Below, piece by piece: positions 30,801 to 44,800 of a stretch of DNA of 64,000 nt. Both the position numbers and the translations under genes were made by a program. Within the stretch, counting starts at the first letter, position 1; each line of letters opens with the position of its first letter. Location: NCBI GenBank assembly GCA_964016885.1, contig OZ024760.1:3286001-3350000 (forward strand), written 5' to 3'. The notes under the pieces were generated by a model. The model saw only the letters and a program-made list of their open reading frames with translations. It ran no database searches and had not been told where the DNA came from. This stretch comes from Eledone cirrhosa. Its lineage: Eukaryota.

Positions 30801-33800
30801 ACTGATGGTGTTATTGGTATTCTAAGTACTGATGGTGGTATTGGTATTGTTAGTGGTGATGGTGGTATTGGTATTGTTAGTGGTGATGGTGTTATCGGTA
30901 TTGTTAGTGCTGATGGTGGTATTGGTATCGTTAGTGGTGATTGTGGTATTGGTATTGTTAGTACTGATGGTGGTATTGGAATTGTTAGTACTGGTGGTGG
31001 TATTGGTATTGTTAGTACTGATGGTGGTATTGGTACTGTTAGTACTGTTGGTGGTATTGGTATTGTTAGTACTGATGGTGGTATTGGTATTGTTAGTACT
31101 GATGGTGGTATTGGTATTGTTAGTACTGATGGTGATATTGGTATTGTTAGTACTGATGGTGGTATTGGTATTGTTAGTACTGATGGTGGTATTGGTATTG
31201 TTAGTGCTGATGGTGGTATTGGTATTGCTGATGGTGGTATTGGTATCGTTAGTACTGATGGTGGTATTGGTATTGGTAGTACTGATGGTGGTATTGGTAT
31301 TGTTAGTGCTGATAGTAGTATTGGTATTGTTAGTGCTGATGGTGGTATTGGTATTGCTGATGGTGGTATTGGTTTTGTTAGTGGTGATGGTGGTATTTGT
31401 ATTGTTAGTACTGATGATGGTATTGGTATTGTTAGTACTGATGGTGGTATTGGTATTGTTAGTACTGATGGTAGTATTGGTATTGTTAGTGGTGATGGTG
31501 GTATTGGTATTGTTAGTAATGATGGTGGTATTGGTATTGTTAGTGGTGATGGTGTTATTGGTATTGTTAGTACTGATGGTGCTATTGGTATTGTTAGTAC
31601 TGACGTTGATATTGGTATCGTTAGTACTGATGGTGGTATTGGTATTCTTAGTACTGATGTTGGTATTGGTATTGTTAGTGCTGATGGTGGTATTGGTATT
31701 GTTAGTGCTGATGGTGGTATTCGTATTCTTAGTACTGATGGTGGTATTGGTATTTTAGTACTGATGGTGGTATTGGGATTGTTAGTGGTGATGGTGGTAT
31801 TGGTATTGTTAGTACTGATGGTGGTATTGGTATTGTTAGGGCTGATGGTGGGATTGGTATTGTTAGTACTGATGGTGGTATTGGTATTGTTAGTGGTGAA
31901 GGTGGTATTGGTATTGTTAATAGTGATGGTGTTATTGGTATTGTTAGTACTGATGGTGTTATTGGTATTGTTAGTACTGATGGTGGTATTGGTATTGTTA
32001 GTGGTGAAGGTGGTATTGGTATTGTTAGTGGTGATGGTGGTATTGGAATTGTTAGTACTGATGGTGATATTGGTATTGTTAGTGGTGATGGTGTTATAGG
32101 CATTGTTAGTGCTGATGGTGATATTGGTATTGTTAGTGGTGATGGTGGTATTGGTATTGTTAGTACTGATGGTGGTATTGGAATTGTTAGTACTGGTGGT
32201 GGTATTGGTATTGTTAGTACTGATGGTGGTATTGTTACTGTTAGTACTGTTGGTGGTTTGGGTACTGTTAGTACTGTTGGTGGTATTGGTATTGTTAGTA
32301 CTGATGGTGGTATTGGTATTCTTAGGGATGATGGTGGTATTGGTATTGTTAGTGCTGATAGTGGTATAGGTATTGTTAGTGCTGATGGTGGTATTGGTAT
32401 TGCTGATGGTGGTATTGGTATCGTTAGTACTGATGGTGGTATTGGTATTGTTAGTACTGATGGTGGTATTGGTATTGTTAGTACTGATGGTGGCATTGGT
32501 ATTGTTAGTACTGATGGTGGTATTGGTATTGTTAGAACTGATGGTGGTACTGGTATTGTTAGTACTGATGGTGGTATTGGTATTGTTAGTGCTGATGGTG
32601 GTATTGGTATTGCTGATGGTGGTATTGGTATCGTTAGTACTGATGGTGGTATTGGTATTGTTAGTACTGATAGTGGTATTGGTATTGTTAGTACTGATGG
32701 TGGCATTGGTATTGTTAGGCTGATGGTGGTATTGGTATTGTTAGTGCTGATGGTGGTATTGGTATTGTTAGTGGTGATGGTGGTATTGGTATTGTTAGTG
32801 CTGATGGTGGTATTGGCATTGTTAGTACTGGTGGGGGTATTGGTATTGTTAGTACTGATGGTGGTATTGGTATTGTTAGTACTGATGGTGGTATTGGTAT
32901 TATTAGTGCTGATGGTGGTATTGGCATTGTTAGTGCTGATGGTGGTATTGGTATTGTTAGTACTGATGGTGTTATTGGTAATGTTAGTGCTGATGGTGGG
33001 AATGGTATTTTTAGTACTGATGGTGGTATTGGTATTGTTAGTACTGGTGGGGGTATTGGTATTGTTAGTACTGGTGGGGGTATTGGTATTGTTAGTACTG
33101 GTGGGGGTATTGGTATTGCTAGTTTCTGATGATGGTATTGGTATTATTAGTGCTGATGGTGGTATTGGCATTGTTAGTGCTGATGGTGGTATTGGTATTG
33201 TTAGTACTGATGGTGGTATTGGTAATGTTAGTGGCGATGGTGGTATTGGTATTGTTAGTGGTGATGGTGGTATTGGTATTGTTAGTGGTGATGGTGGTAT
33301 TGGTATTGTTAGTACTGATGGTGGTATTGTTATTGTTAGTGCTGATGGTGGTATTGGTTTTGTTAGTGGTGATGGTGGTATTGGTATTGTTAGTACTGAT
33401 GGTGGTATTGGAATTGTTAGTACAGGTGGTGGTATTGGTATTGTTAGTACTGATGGTGGTATTGGTACTGTTAGTACTGTTGGTTGTATTGGTATTGTTA
33501 GTACTGATGGTGGTATTGGTATTGTTAGTACTGATGGTGGTATTGGTATTGTTAGTACTGATGGTGGTATTGGTATTGTTAGTGGTGATGGTGGTATTGG
33601 TATTGTTAGTACTGATGGTGGTATTGGTATTGTTAGTACTGATGGTGGTATTGGTATTGTTAGTACTGATGGTGGTATTGGTATTGTTAGTGCTGATGGT
33701 GGTATTGGTATTGTTAGTGCTGATGGTGGTATTGGTATTGCTGATGGTGGTATTGGTATTGTTAGTACTGATAGTGGTATTGTTATTGTTAGTACTGATG

Positions 33801-36800
33801 GTAGTATGGTATTGTTAGGCTGATGGTGGTATTGGTATCGTTAGTGCTGATGGTCGTATTGGTATTGTTAGTACTGATGTTGGTATTGGTACTGTTAGTA
33901 CTGATGGTGGTATTGGTATTGTTAGGCTGATGGTGGTATTGGTATTGTTAGTACTGATGGTGGTATTGGTATTGTTATTGCTGATGGTGGTATTGGTATT
34001 GTTAGTGCTGATGGTGGTATTGGTATTGTTAGTGGTGAAGGTGGTATTGGTACTGTTAATGGTGATGGTGTTATCGGTATTGTTAGTACTGATGGTGGTA
34101 TTGGTATTGTTGGTACTGATGGTGATATTGGTATTGTTAGTGGTGAAGGTGGTATTGGTATTGTTAGTGGTGATGGTGGTATTGGTATTGTTAGTGGTGA
34201 AGGTGGTATTGGTATTGTTAGTGCTGATGGTGGTATTGGTATTGTTAGTGGTGAAGATGGTATTGGTATTGTTAGTGCTGATGGTGGTATTGGTATTGTT
34301 AGTGGTGAAGGTGGTATTGGTATTGTTAATGGTGATGGTGTTATCGGTATTTTTAGTACTGATGGTGGTATTGGTATTGTTAGTGCTGATGGTGGTATTG
34401 GTATTGTTGGTACTGATGGTGATATTGGTATTGTTAGTGCTGATGGTGGTATTGGTATTGTTAGTGCTGATGGTGGTATTGGTATTGTTAGTGCTGATGG
34501 TGGTATTGGTATTGTTAGTACTGATGGTGATATTGGTATTGTTAGTGGTGATGGTGGTATTGGTATTGTTAGTGCTGATGGTGGTATTGGTATTGTTAGT
34601 ACTGATGGTGGTATTGGTATTGTTAGTACTGATGGTGGTATTGGTATTGTTAGTACTGATGGTGGTATTGTATTGTTAGTACTGATGGTGGTATTGGTAC
34701 TGTAAGTGCTGATGGTGGTATTGGTATTGTTAGTATTGATGGTGGTATTGGTATTGTTAGTGTTGATGGTGGTATTGGTATTGTTAGTACTGATGATGGT
34801 ATTGTTATTGTTAGTGCTGATTGTGGTATTGGTATTGTTAGTGCTGATTGTGGTATTGGTATTGTTAGTATTGATGGTGGTATTGGTATTGTTAGTACTG
34901 ATGGTGGTATTGGTATTGTTAGTGGCGATGGTGGTATCGGTATTGTTAGTGGTGATGGTGGTATTGGTATTGTTAGTGGAGATGGTGTTATTGGTATTGT
35001 TAGTGCTGATGGTGGTATTGGTATTGTTAGTGGTGATGGTGTTATTGGTATTGTTAGTACTGATGGTGTTATTGGTATTGTTAGTGCTGATGGTGGTATT
35101 GGTATTGTTAGTGCTGATGGTGCTGATGGTGGTATTGGTATTGTTAGTACTGATGGTGGTATTGTTATTGTTAGTGCTGATGGTGTTATTGGTACCGTTA
35201 GTACTGATGGTGGTATTGGCATTGTTAGTACTGGTGGGGGTATTGGTATAGTTAGTACTGATGGTGGTATTGGTATTGTTAGTACTGATGGTGGTATTGG
35301 TATTATTAGTGCTGATGGTGGTATTGGTATTGTTAGTGCTGATGGTGGTATTGGTATTGTTAGTACTGATGGTGGTATTGGTATTGTTAGTGCTGATGGT
35401 GGGAATGGTATTGTTAGTACTGATGGTGGTGTTGGTATTGTTAGTACTGATGGTGGTATTGGTATTGGTATTGTTAGTGGCGATGGTGGTGTTGGTATTG
35501 TTAGTACTGACGGTGGTATTGGTATTGTTAGTACTGATGGTGTTATTGGTATTGTTAGTACTGATGGTGGTATTGGTATTGTTAGTGGTGATGGTGGTAT
35601 TGGTATTGTTAGTGATGATGGTGGTATTGGTATTGTTAGTGGTGATGGTGGTATTGGTATTGTTAGTGCTGATGGTGGTACTAGTATTGTTAGTACTGAT
35701 GGTGATATTGGTATTGTTAGTGCTGATGGTGGTATTGGTATTGTTAGTACTGATGGTGGTATTGGTATTGTTAGTACTGATGGGGGTATTGGTATTGTTA
35801 GTGCTGATGGTGGTGTTGTTATTGTTAGTACTGTTGGTGGTATTGGTATTGTTAGTGCTGATGGTGGTGTTGGTGTTGTTAGAGTTGATGGTGGTATTGG
35901 TATTGTTAGTGCTGATGGTGCTGATGGTATTGTTAGTGCTGATGGTGGTAATGGTATTGTTAGTGTTGATGGTGGTATTGGTATTGTTAGTACTGATGGT
36001 GGTATTGGTATTGTTAGTGCTGATGGTGGTATTGGTATTGTTAGTGCTGATGTTGGTATTGGTATTGTTAGTACTGATGGTGGTATTGGTATTGTTAGTG
36101 CTGATGCTGGTATTGGTATTGTTAGTACTGATGGTGGTATTGGTATTGTTAGTACTGATGATGGTATTGTTATTGCTAGTGCTGATTGTGGTATTGGTAT
36201 TGTTAGTATTGATGGTGGTATTGGTATTGTTAGTGCTGACGGTGGTATTGGTATTGTTAGTGCTGATGCTGGTATTGGTATTGTTAGTACTGATGGTGGT
36301 ATTGGTATTGTTAGTACTGATGGTGGTATTGGTATTGTTAGTGGTGATGGTGGTATGGGTATTGTTAGTGGTGATGCTGGTATTGGTATTGTTAGTACTG
36401 ATGGTGGTATTGGTATTGTTAGTGGGAATGGTGGTATTGGTATTGTTATTACTGATGGTGTTATTGGTATTGTTAGTACTGATGGTGGTATTGGTATTGT
36501 TAGTGGTGATGGTGGTATTGGTATTGTTAGTGGTGATGGTGTTATAGGTATTGTTAGTGCTGATGGTGGTATTGTTATTGTTAGTGCTGATGGTGTTATT
36601 GGTATTGTTAGTACTGATGGTGGTATTGGTATTGTTAGTACTGATGGTGGTATTGGTATTGTTAGTGGTGATGGTGGTATTGGTATTGTTAGTGCTGATG
36701 GTGGTATTGGTATTGTTAGTGGTGTAGTGGTATTGGTATTGTTAGTACTGATGGTAGTATTGGAATTGTTAGTACTGGTGGTGGTATTGGTATTGTTAGT

Positions 36801-39800
36801 GGCGATGGTGGTATTGGTATTGTTAGTGGTGATGGTGTTATTGGTATTGTTAGTGCTGATGGTGGTATTGGTATTGTTAGTGGTGATGGTGTTATTGGTA
36901 TTGTTAGTACTGATGGTGGTATTGGTATTGTTAGTGCTGATGGTGGTATTGGTATTGTTAGTGCTGATGGTGCTGATGGTGGTATTAGTATTGTTAGTAC
37001 TGATGGTGGTATTGTTATTGTTAGTGCTGATGGTTTTATTGGTACTGTTAGTACTGATGGTGGTATTGGTATTGTTAGTGCTGATGGTGGTATTGGTATT
37101 GCTGATGGTGGTATTGGTATTGTTAGTACTGATGGTGGTATTGGTATTATTAGTGCTGATGGTGGTATTGGCATTGTTAGTGCTGATGGTGGTATTGGTT
37201 TTGTTAGTACTGATGTTGGTATTGGTATTGTTAGTGCTGATGGTGGGAATGGTATTTTTAGTACTGATGGTGGGAATGGTATTTTTAGTACTGATGGTGG
37301 TATTGGTATTGTTTGTGGCGATGGTGTTATTGGTATTGTTAGTGGTGATGGTGGTATTGGTATTGTTAGTACTGATGGTGGTATTGGTATTGTTAGTACT
37401 GATGGTGTTATTGGTATTCTAAGTACTGATGGTGGTATTGGAATTGTTAGTGGTGATGGTGGTATTGGTATTGTTAGTGGTGATGGTGTTATCGGTATTG
37501 TTAGTGCTGATGGTGGTATTGGTATCGTTAGTGGTGATTGTGGTATTGGTATTGTTAGTACTGATGGTGGTATTGGAATTGTTAGTACTGGTGGTGGTAT
37601 TGGTATTGTTAGTACTGATGGTGGTATTGGTACTGTTAGTACTGTTGGTGGTATTGGTATTGTTAGTACTGATGGTGGTATTGGTATTGTTAGTACTGAT
37701 GGTGGTATTGGCATTGTTAGTACTGATGGTGATATTGGTATTGTTAGTACTGATGGTGGTATTGGTATTGTTAGTACTGATGGTGGTATTGGTATTGTTA
37801 GTGCTGATGGTGGTATTGGTATTGCTGATGGTGGTATTGGTATCGTTAGTACTGATGGTGGTATTGGTATTGGTAGTACTGATGGTGGTATTGGTATTGT
37901 TAGTGCTGATAGTAGTATTGGTATTGTTAGTGCTGATGGTGGTATTGGTATTGCTGATGGTGGTATTGGTTTTGTTAGTGGTGATGGTGGTATTTGTATT
38001 GTTAGTACTGATGATGGTATTGGTATTGTTAGTACTGATGGTGGTATTGGTATTGTTAGTACTGATGGTAGTATTGGTATTGTTAGTGGTGATGGTGGTA
38101 TTGGTATTGTTAGTAATGATGGTGGTATTGGTATTGTTAGTGGTGATGGTGTTATTGGTATTGTTAGTACTGATGGTGCTATTGGTATTGTTAGTACTGA
38201 CGTTGATATTGGTATCGTTAGTACTGATGGTGGTATTGGTATTCTTAGTACTGATGTTGGTATTGGTATTGTTAGTGCTGATGGTGGTATTGGTATTGTT
38301 AGTGCTGATGGTGGTATTCGTATTCTTAGTACTGATGGTGGTATTGGTATTTTAGTACTGATGGTGGTATTGGGATTGTTAGTGGTGATGGTGGTATTGG
38401 TATTGTTAGTACTGATGGTGGTATTGGTATTGTTAGGGCTGATGGTGGGATTGGTATTGTTAGTACTGATGGTGGTATTGGTATTGTTAGTGGTGAAGGT
38501 GGTATTGGTATTGTTAATAGTGATGGTGTTATTGGTATTGTTAGTACTGATGGTGTTATTGGTATTGTTAGTACTGATGGTGGTATTGGTATTGTTAGTG
38601 GTGAAGGTGGTATTGGTATTGTTAGTGGTGATGGTGGTATTGGAATTGTTAGTACTGATGGTGATATTGGTATTGTTAGTGGTGATGGTGTTATAGGCAT
38701 TGTTAGTGCTGATGGTGATATTGGTATTGTTAGTGGTGATGGTGGTATTGGTATTGTTAGTACTGATGGTGGTATTGGAATTGTTAGTACTGGTGGTGGT
38801 ATTGGTATTGTTAGTACTGATGGTGGTATTGTTACTGTTAGTACTGTTGGTGGTTTGGGTACTGTTAGTACTGTTGGTGGTATAGGTATTGTTAGTACTG
38901 ATGGTGGTATTGGTATTCTTAGTGATGATGGTGGTATTGGTATTGTTAGTGCTGATAGTGGTATAGGTATTGTTAGTGCTGATGGTGGTATTGGTATTGC
39001 TGATGGTGGTATTGGTATCGTTAGTACTGATGGTGGTATTGGTATTGTTAGTACTGATGGTGGTATTGGTATTGTTAGTACTGATGGTGGCATTGGTATT
39101 GTTAGTACTGATGGTGGTATTGGTATTGTTAGAACTGATGGTGGTACTGGTATTGTTAGTACTGATGGTGGTATTGGTATTGTTAGTGCTGATGGTGGTA
39201 TTGGTATTGCTGATGGTGGTATTGGTATCGTTAGTACTGATGGTGGTATTGGTATTGTTAGTACTGATAGTGGTATTGGTATTGTTAGTACTGATGGTGG
39301 CATTGGTATTGTTAGGCTGATGGTGGTATTGGTATTGTTAGTGCTGATGGTGGTATTGGTATTGTTAGTGGTGATGGTGGTATTGGTATTGTTAGTGCTG
39401 ATGGTGGTATTGGCATTGTTAGTACTGGTGGGGGTATTGGTATTGTTAGTACTGATGGTGGTATTGGTATTGTTAGTACTGATGGTGGTATTGGTATTAT
39501 TAGTGCTGATGGTGGTATTGGCATTGTTAGTGCTGATGGTGGTATTGGTATTGTTAGTACTGATGGTGTTATTGGTAATGTTAGTGCTGATGGTGGGAAT
39601 GGTATTTTTAGTACTGATGGTGGTATTGGTATTGTTAGTACTGGTGGGGGTATTGGTATTGTTAGTACTGGTGGGGGTATTGGTATTGTTAGTACTGGTG
39701 GGGGTATTGGTATTGCTAGTTTCTGATGATGGTATTGGTATTATTAGTGCTGATGGTGGTATTGGCATTGTTAGTGCTGATGGTGGTATTGGTATTGTTA

Positions 39801-40574
39801 GTACTGATGGTGGTATTGGTAATGTTAGTGGCGATGGTGGTATTGGTATTGTTAGTGGTGATGGTGGTATTGGTATTGTTAGTGGTGATGGTGGTATTGG
39901 TATTGTTAGTACTGATGGTGGTATTGTTATTGTTAGTGCTGATGGTGGTATTGGTTTTGTTAGTGGTGATGGTGGTATTGGTATTGTTAGTACTGATGGT
40001 GGTATTGGAATTGTTAGTACAGGTGGTGGTATTGGTATTGTTAGTACTGATGGTGGTATTGGTACTGTTAGTACTGTTGGTTGTATTGGTATTGTTAGTA
40101 CTGATGGTGGTATTGGTATTGTTAGTACTGATGGTGGTATTGGTATTGTTAGTACTGATGGTGGTATTGGTATTGTTAGTGGTGATGGTGGTATTGGTAT
40201 TGTTAGTACTGATGGTGGTATTGGTATTGTTAGTACTGATGGTGGTATTGGTATTGTTAGTACTGATGGTGGTATTGGTATTGTTAGTGCTGATGGTGGT
40301 ATTGGTATTGTTAGTGCTGATGGTGGTATTGGTATTGCTGATGGTGGTATTGGTATTGTTAGTACTGATAGTGGTATTGTTATTGTTAGTACTGATGGTA
40401 GTATGGTATTGTTAGGCTGATGGTGGTATTGGTATCGTTAGTGCTGATGGTCGTATTGGTATTGTTAGTACTGATGTTGGTATTGGTACTGTTAGTACTG
40501 ATGGTGGTATTGGTATTGTTAGGCTGATGGTGGTATTGGTATTGTTAGTACTGATGGTGGTATTGGTATTGTTA
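27871..40574. repeat. Tandem duplication of a ~6.1/6.6-kb block (~27871-33977 and ~33955-40574); offsets 6084, 6138, then 6597 bp because of 54-bp and 459-bp indels
   Basis: ORF offsets are 28622/34706 (6084), 29084/35222 (6138), and 29758/36355, 31729/38326 and 33129/39726 (6597). Shared rare frameshifts GGTGTAGT, GGTATTTTAGT and GCTAGTTTCT. Several SNPs distinguish the copies. Confidence 0.92.
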
Positions 40575-41809
40575 GGCTGATGGTGGTATTGGTATTGTTA
40601 GTGTTGATAGTCGTATTGGTATTGCTGATGGTGGTATTGGTATTGTTAGTACTGATGGTGGTATTGGTATTGTTAGTACTGATGGTAGTATTGGTATTGT
40701 TAGTGCTGATGGTGGTATTGGTATTGCTGATGGTGGTATTGGTATTGTTAGTACTGATGGTGGTATTTGTATTGTTAGTACTGATGATGGTATTGGTATT
40801 GTTAGTACTGATGGTGGTATTGGTATTATTAGTACTGATGATGGTATTGGTATTGTTAGTACTGATGGTGGTATTGGTATTGTTAGTAATGATGGTGGTA
40901 TTGGTATTGTTAGTGGTGATGGTGTTATTGGTATTGTTAGTACTGATGGTGGTATTGGTATTGTTAGTACTGACGTTGATATTGGTATCGTTAGTACTGA
41001 TGGTGGTATTGGTATTCTTAGTACTGATGTTGGTATTGGTATTGTTAGTGCTGATGGTGGTATTGGTATTGTTAGTGCTGATGGTGGTATTCGTATTCTT
41101 AGTACTGATGGTGGTATTGGTATTGTTAGTACTGATGGTGGTATTGGGATTGTTAGTGGTGATGGTGGTATTGGTATTGTTAGTACTGATGGTGGTATTG
41201 GTATTGTTAGTGGTGATGGTGGTATTGTTATTGTTAGTACTGGTGGTGGTATTGGTATTGTTAGTACTGATGGTGGTATTGGTACTGTTAGTACTGATGG
41301 CGGTATTGGTGTTGTTAGTAGTGATGGTGGTATTGGTATTGTTAGTAATGATGGTGGTATTGGTATTGTTAGTGGTGATGGTGTTATTGGTATTGTTAGT
41401 ACTGATGGTGGTATTGGTATTGTTAGTACTGATGGTGGTATTGGTATTGTTAGTAGTGATGGTGGTATTGGTATTATTAGTACTGATGGTGGTATTGGTA
41501 TTGTTAGTACTGATGGTGGTATTGGTATTGTTAGTGCTGATGGTGTTATTGGTATTGTTAGTACTGATGGTGATATTGGTATTGTTAGTACTGACGTTGA
41601 TATTGGTATCGTTAGTACTGATGGTGGTATTGGTATTCTTAGTACTGATGGTGGTATTGTTATTGTTAGTGCTGATGGTGGTATTGGTATTGTTAGTGCT
41701 GATGGTGGTATTCGTATTCTTAGTACTGATGGTGGTATTGGTATTGTTAGTACTGATGGTGGTATTGGGATTGTTAGTATTGATAGTGGTATTGGTATTG
41801 TGAGAGCTG

Positions 41810-44800
41810 ATGGTGGTATTGGTATTGTTAGTGCTGGTGGTGGTACTGGTGTTGTTAGTGCTGATGGTGGTATTGGTATTGTTAGTACTGATGGTGTTAT
41901 TGGTATTATTAGTACTGATGATGGTATTGGTGTTGTTAGTACTGATGGTGGTATTGGTATTGTTAGTACTGATGGTGGTATTGATATTGTTAGTACTGAT
42001 GATGGTATTGGTATTGTTAGTACTGATGGTGGTATTGGTATTATTAGTACTGAAGATGGTATTGGTATTGTTAGTACTGATGGTGGTATTGGTATTGTTA
42101 GTACTGATGGTGGTATTGGTATTATTAGTGCTGATGGTGTTATTGGTATTGTTAGTACTGATGGTGGTATTGGTATTGTTAGTACTGACGTTGATATTGG
42201 TATCGTTAGTACTGATGGTGGTATTGGTATTCTTAGTACTGATGGTGGTATTGTTATTGTTAGTGCTGATGGTGGTATTGGTATTGTTAGTGCTGATGGT
42301 GGTATTCGTATTCTTAGTACTGATGGTGGTGTTGGTATTGTTAGTACTGATGGTGGTATTGGGATTGTTAGTACTGATGGTGGTATTGGTAATGTGAGAG
42401 CTGATGGTGGTATTGCTATTGTTAGTGCTGATGGTGGTATTGGTATTGTTAGTACTGATGGTGGTATTGGTATTGTTAGTACTGATGGTGTTATTGGTAT
42501 TGTTAGTGCTGATAGTGGTATTGGTATTGTTAGTGCTGGTGGTGGTACTGGTGTTGTTAGTGCTGATGGTGGTATTCGTATTCTTAGTACTGATGGTGGT
42601 ATTGGTATTGTTAGTACTGATGGTGGTATTTTTATTGTTAGTACTGATGGTGGTATTGGTATTGTTAGTGGTGATGGTGTTATTGGTATTGTTAGTACTG
42701 ATGGTGGTATTGGTATTGTTAGTACTGATGGTGGTATTCTTAGTAGTGTTAGTACTGATGGTGTTATATGTATTGTTAGTACTGATGGTGGTATTGGTAT
42801 TGTTAGTACTGATGGTGGTATTGGTATTGTTAGTGCTGATGGTGGTATTGGTATTGTTAGTGTTGATGGTGGTATTGGTATTGTTAGTACTGATGGTGGT
42901 ATTGGTATTGTTATTACTGATGGTGGTATTGGTATTGTTAGTGCTGATGGTGGTGTTGGTATTGTTAGTTCTGATGGTGGTATTGGTATTGTTAGTGTTG
43001 ATGGTGGTATTGGTATTGTTAGTACTGATGGTGGTATTGGTAATTTTAGTACTGATGGGGGTATTGGTATTGTTAGTACTGATGGGGGTATTAGTATTGT
43101 TAGTGCTGATGGTGGTGTTGGTATTGTTAGTGCTGATGGTGTTGTTGGTATTGTTAGTTCTGATGGTGGTATTGGTATTGTTAGTGCTGATGGTGGTATT
43201 GGTATTGTTAGTGTTGATGGTGGTATTGGTATTGTTAGTGCTGATGGTGGTATTGGTATTGTTAGTGTTGATGGTGTTATTAGTATTGTTAGTGGTGATG
43301 GTGGTATTGGTATTGTTAGTACTGATGGTGGTATTGGTATTGTTAGTGCTGATGGTGGTATTGGTATTGTTAGTGTTGATGGTGGTATTGGTATTGTTAG
43401 TGCTGATGGTGGTATTGGTATTGTTAGTGCTGATGGTGCTGATGGTATTGTTAGTGCTGATGGTGGTATTGGTATTGTTAGTGGTGATGGTGGTATTGGT
43501 ATTGTTAGTGTTGATGGTGTTATTGGTATTGTTAGTGGTGATGGTGGTATTGGTATTGTTAGTGGTGATGGTGGTATTGGTATTGTTAGTGCTGATGGTG
43601 TTATTGGTATTGTTAGTACTGATGGTGTTATTGGTATTGTTAGTACTGATGGTGGTATTGGTATTGTTAGTGGTGATGGTGGTATTGGTATTGTTAGTGG
43701 TGATGGTGTTATCGGTATTGTTAGTGCTGATGGTGGTATTGGTATTGTTAGTGGTGATGGTGGTATTGGTATTGTTAGTACTGATGGTGGTATTGGTATT
43801 GTTAGTGCTGATGGTGGTATTCGTATTCTTAGTACTGATGGTGGTATTGGTATTGTTAGTACTGATGGTGGTATTGGGATTGTTAGTGGTGATGGTGGTA
43901 TTGGTATTGTTAGTACTGATGGTGGTATTGGTATTGTTAGTACTGATGGTGGTATTGGTATTGTTAGTGGTGATGGTGGTATTGTTATTGTTAGTACTGG
44001 TGGTGGTATTGGTATTGTTAGTACTGATGGTGGTATTGGTACTGTTAGTACTGTTGGTGGTATTGGTATTGTTAGTACTGATGGCGGTATTGGTGTTGTT
44101 AGTACTGATGGTGGTATTGGTATTGTTAGTACTGATGGTGGTATTGGTATTGTTAGTGCTGATGGTGTTATTGGTATTGTTAGTACTGATGGTGATATTG
44201 GTATTGTTAGTACTGACGTTGATATTGGTATCGTTAGTACTGATGGTCGTATTGGTATTCTTAGTACTGATGGTGGTATTGTTATTGTTAGTGCTGATGG
44301 TGGTATTGGTATTGTTAGTGCTGATGGTGGTATTCGTATTCTTAGTACTGATGGTGGTATTGGTATTGTTAGTACTGATGGTGGTATTGGGATTGTTAGT
44401 ATTGATAGTGGTATTGGTATTGTGAGAGCTGATGGTGGTATTGCTATTGTTAGTACTGATGGTGGTATTGGTATTGTTAGTACTGATGGTGTTATTGGTA
44501 TTGTTAGTGCTGATGGTGGTATTGGTATTGTTAGTGCTGGTGGTGGTACTGGTGTTGTTAGTGCTGATGGTGGTATTGGTATTGTTAGTACTGATGGTGT
44601 TATTGGTATTATTAGTACTGATGATGGTATTGGTATTGTTAGTACTGATGGTGGTATTGGTATTGTTAGTACTGATGGTGGTATTGATATTGTTAGTACT
44701 GATGATGGTATTGGTATTGTTAGTACTGATGGTGGTATTGGTATTATTAGTACTGATGATGGTATTGGTATTGTTAGTACTGATGGTGGTATTGGTATTG

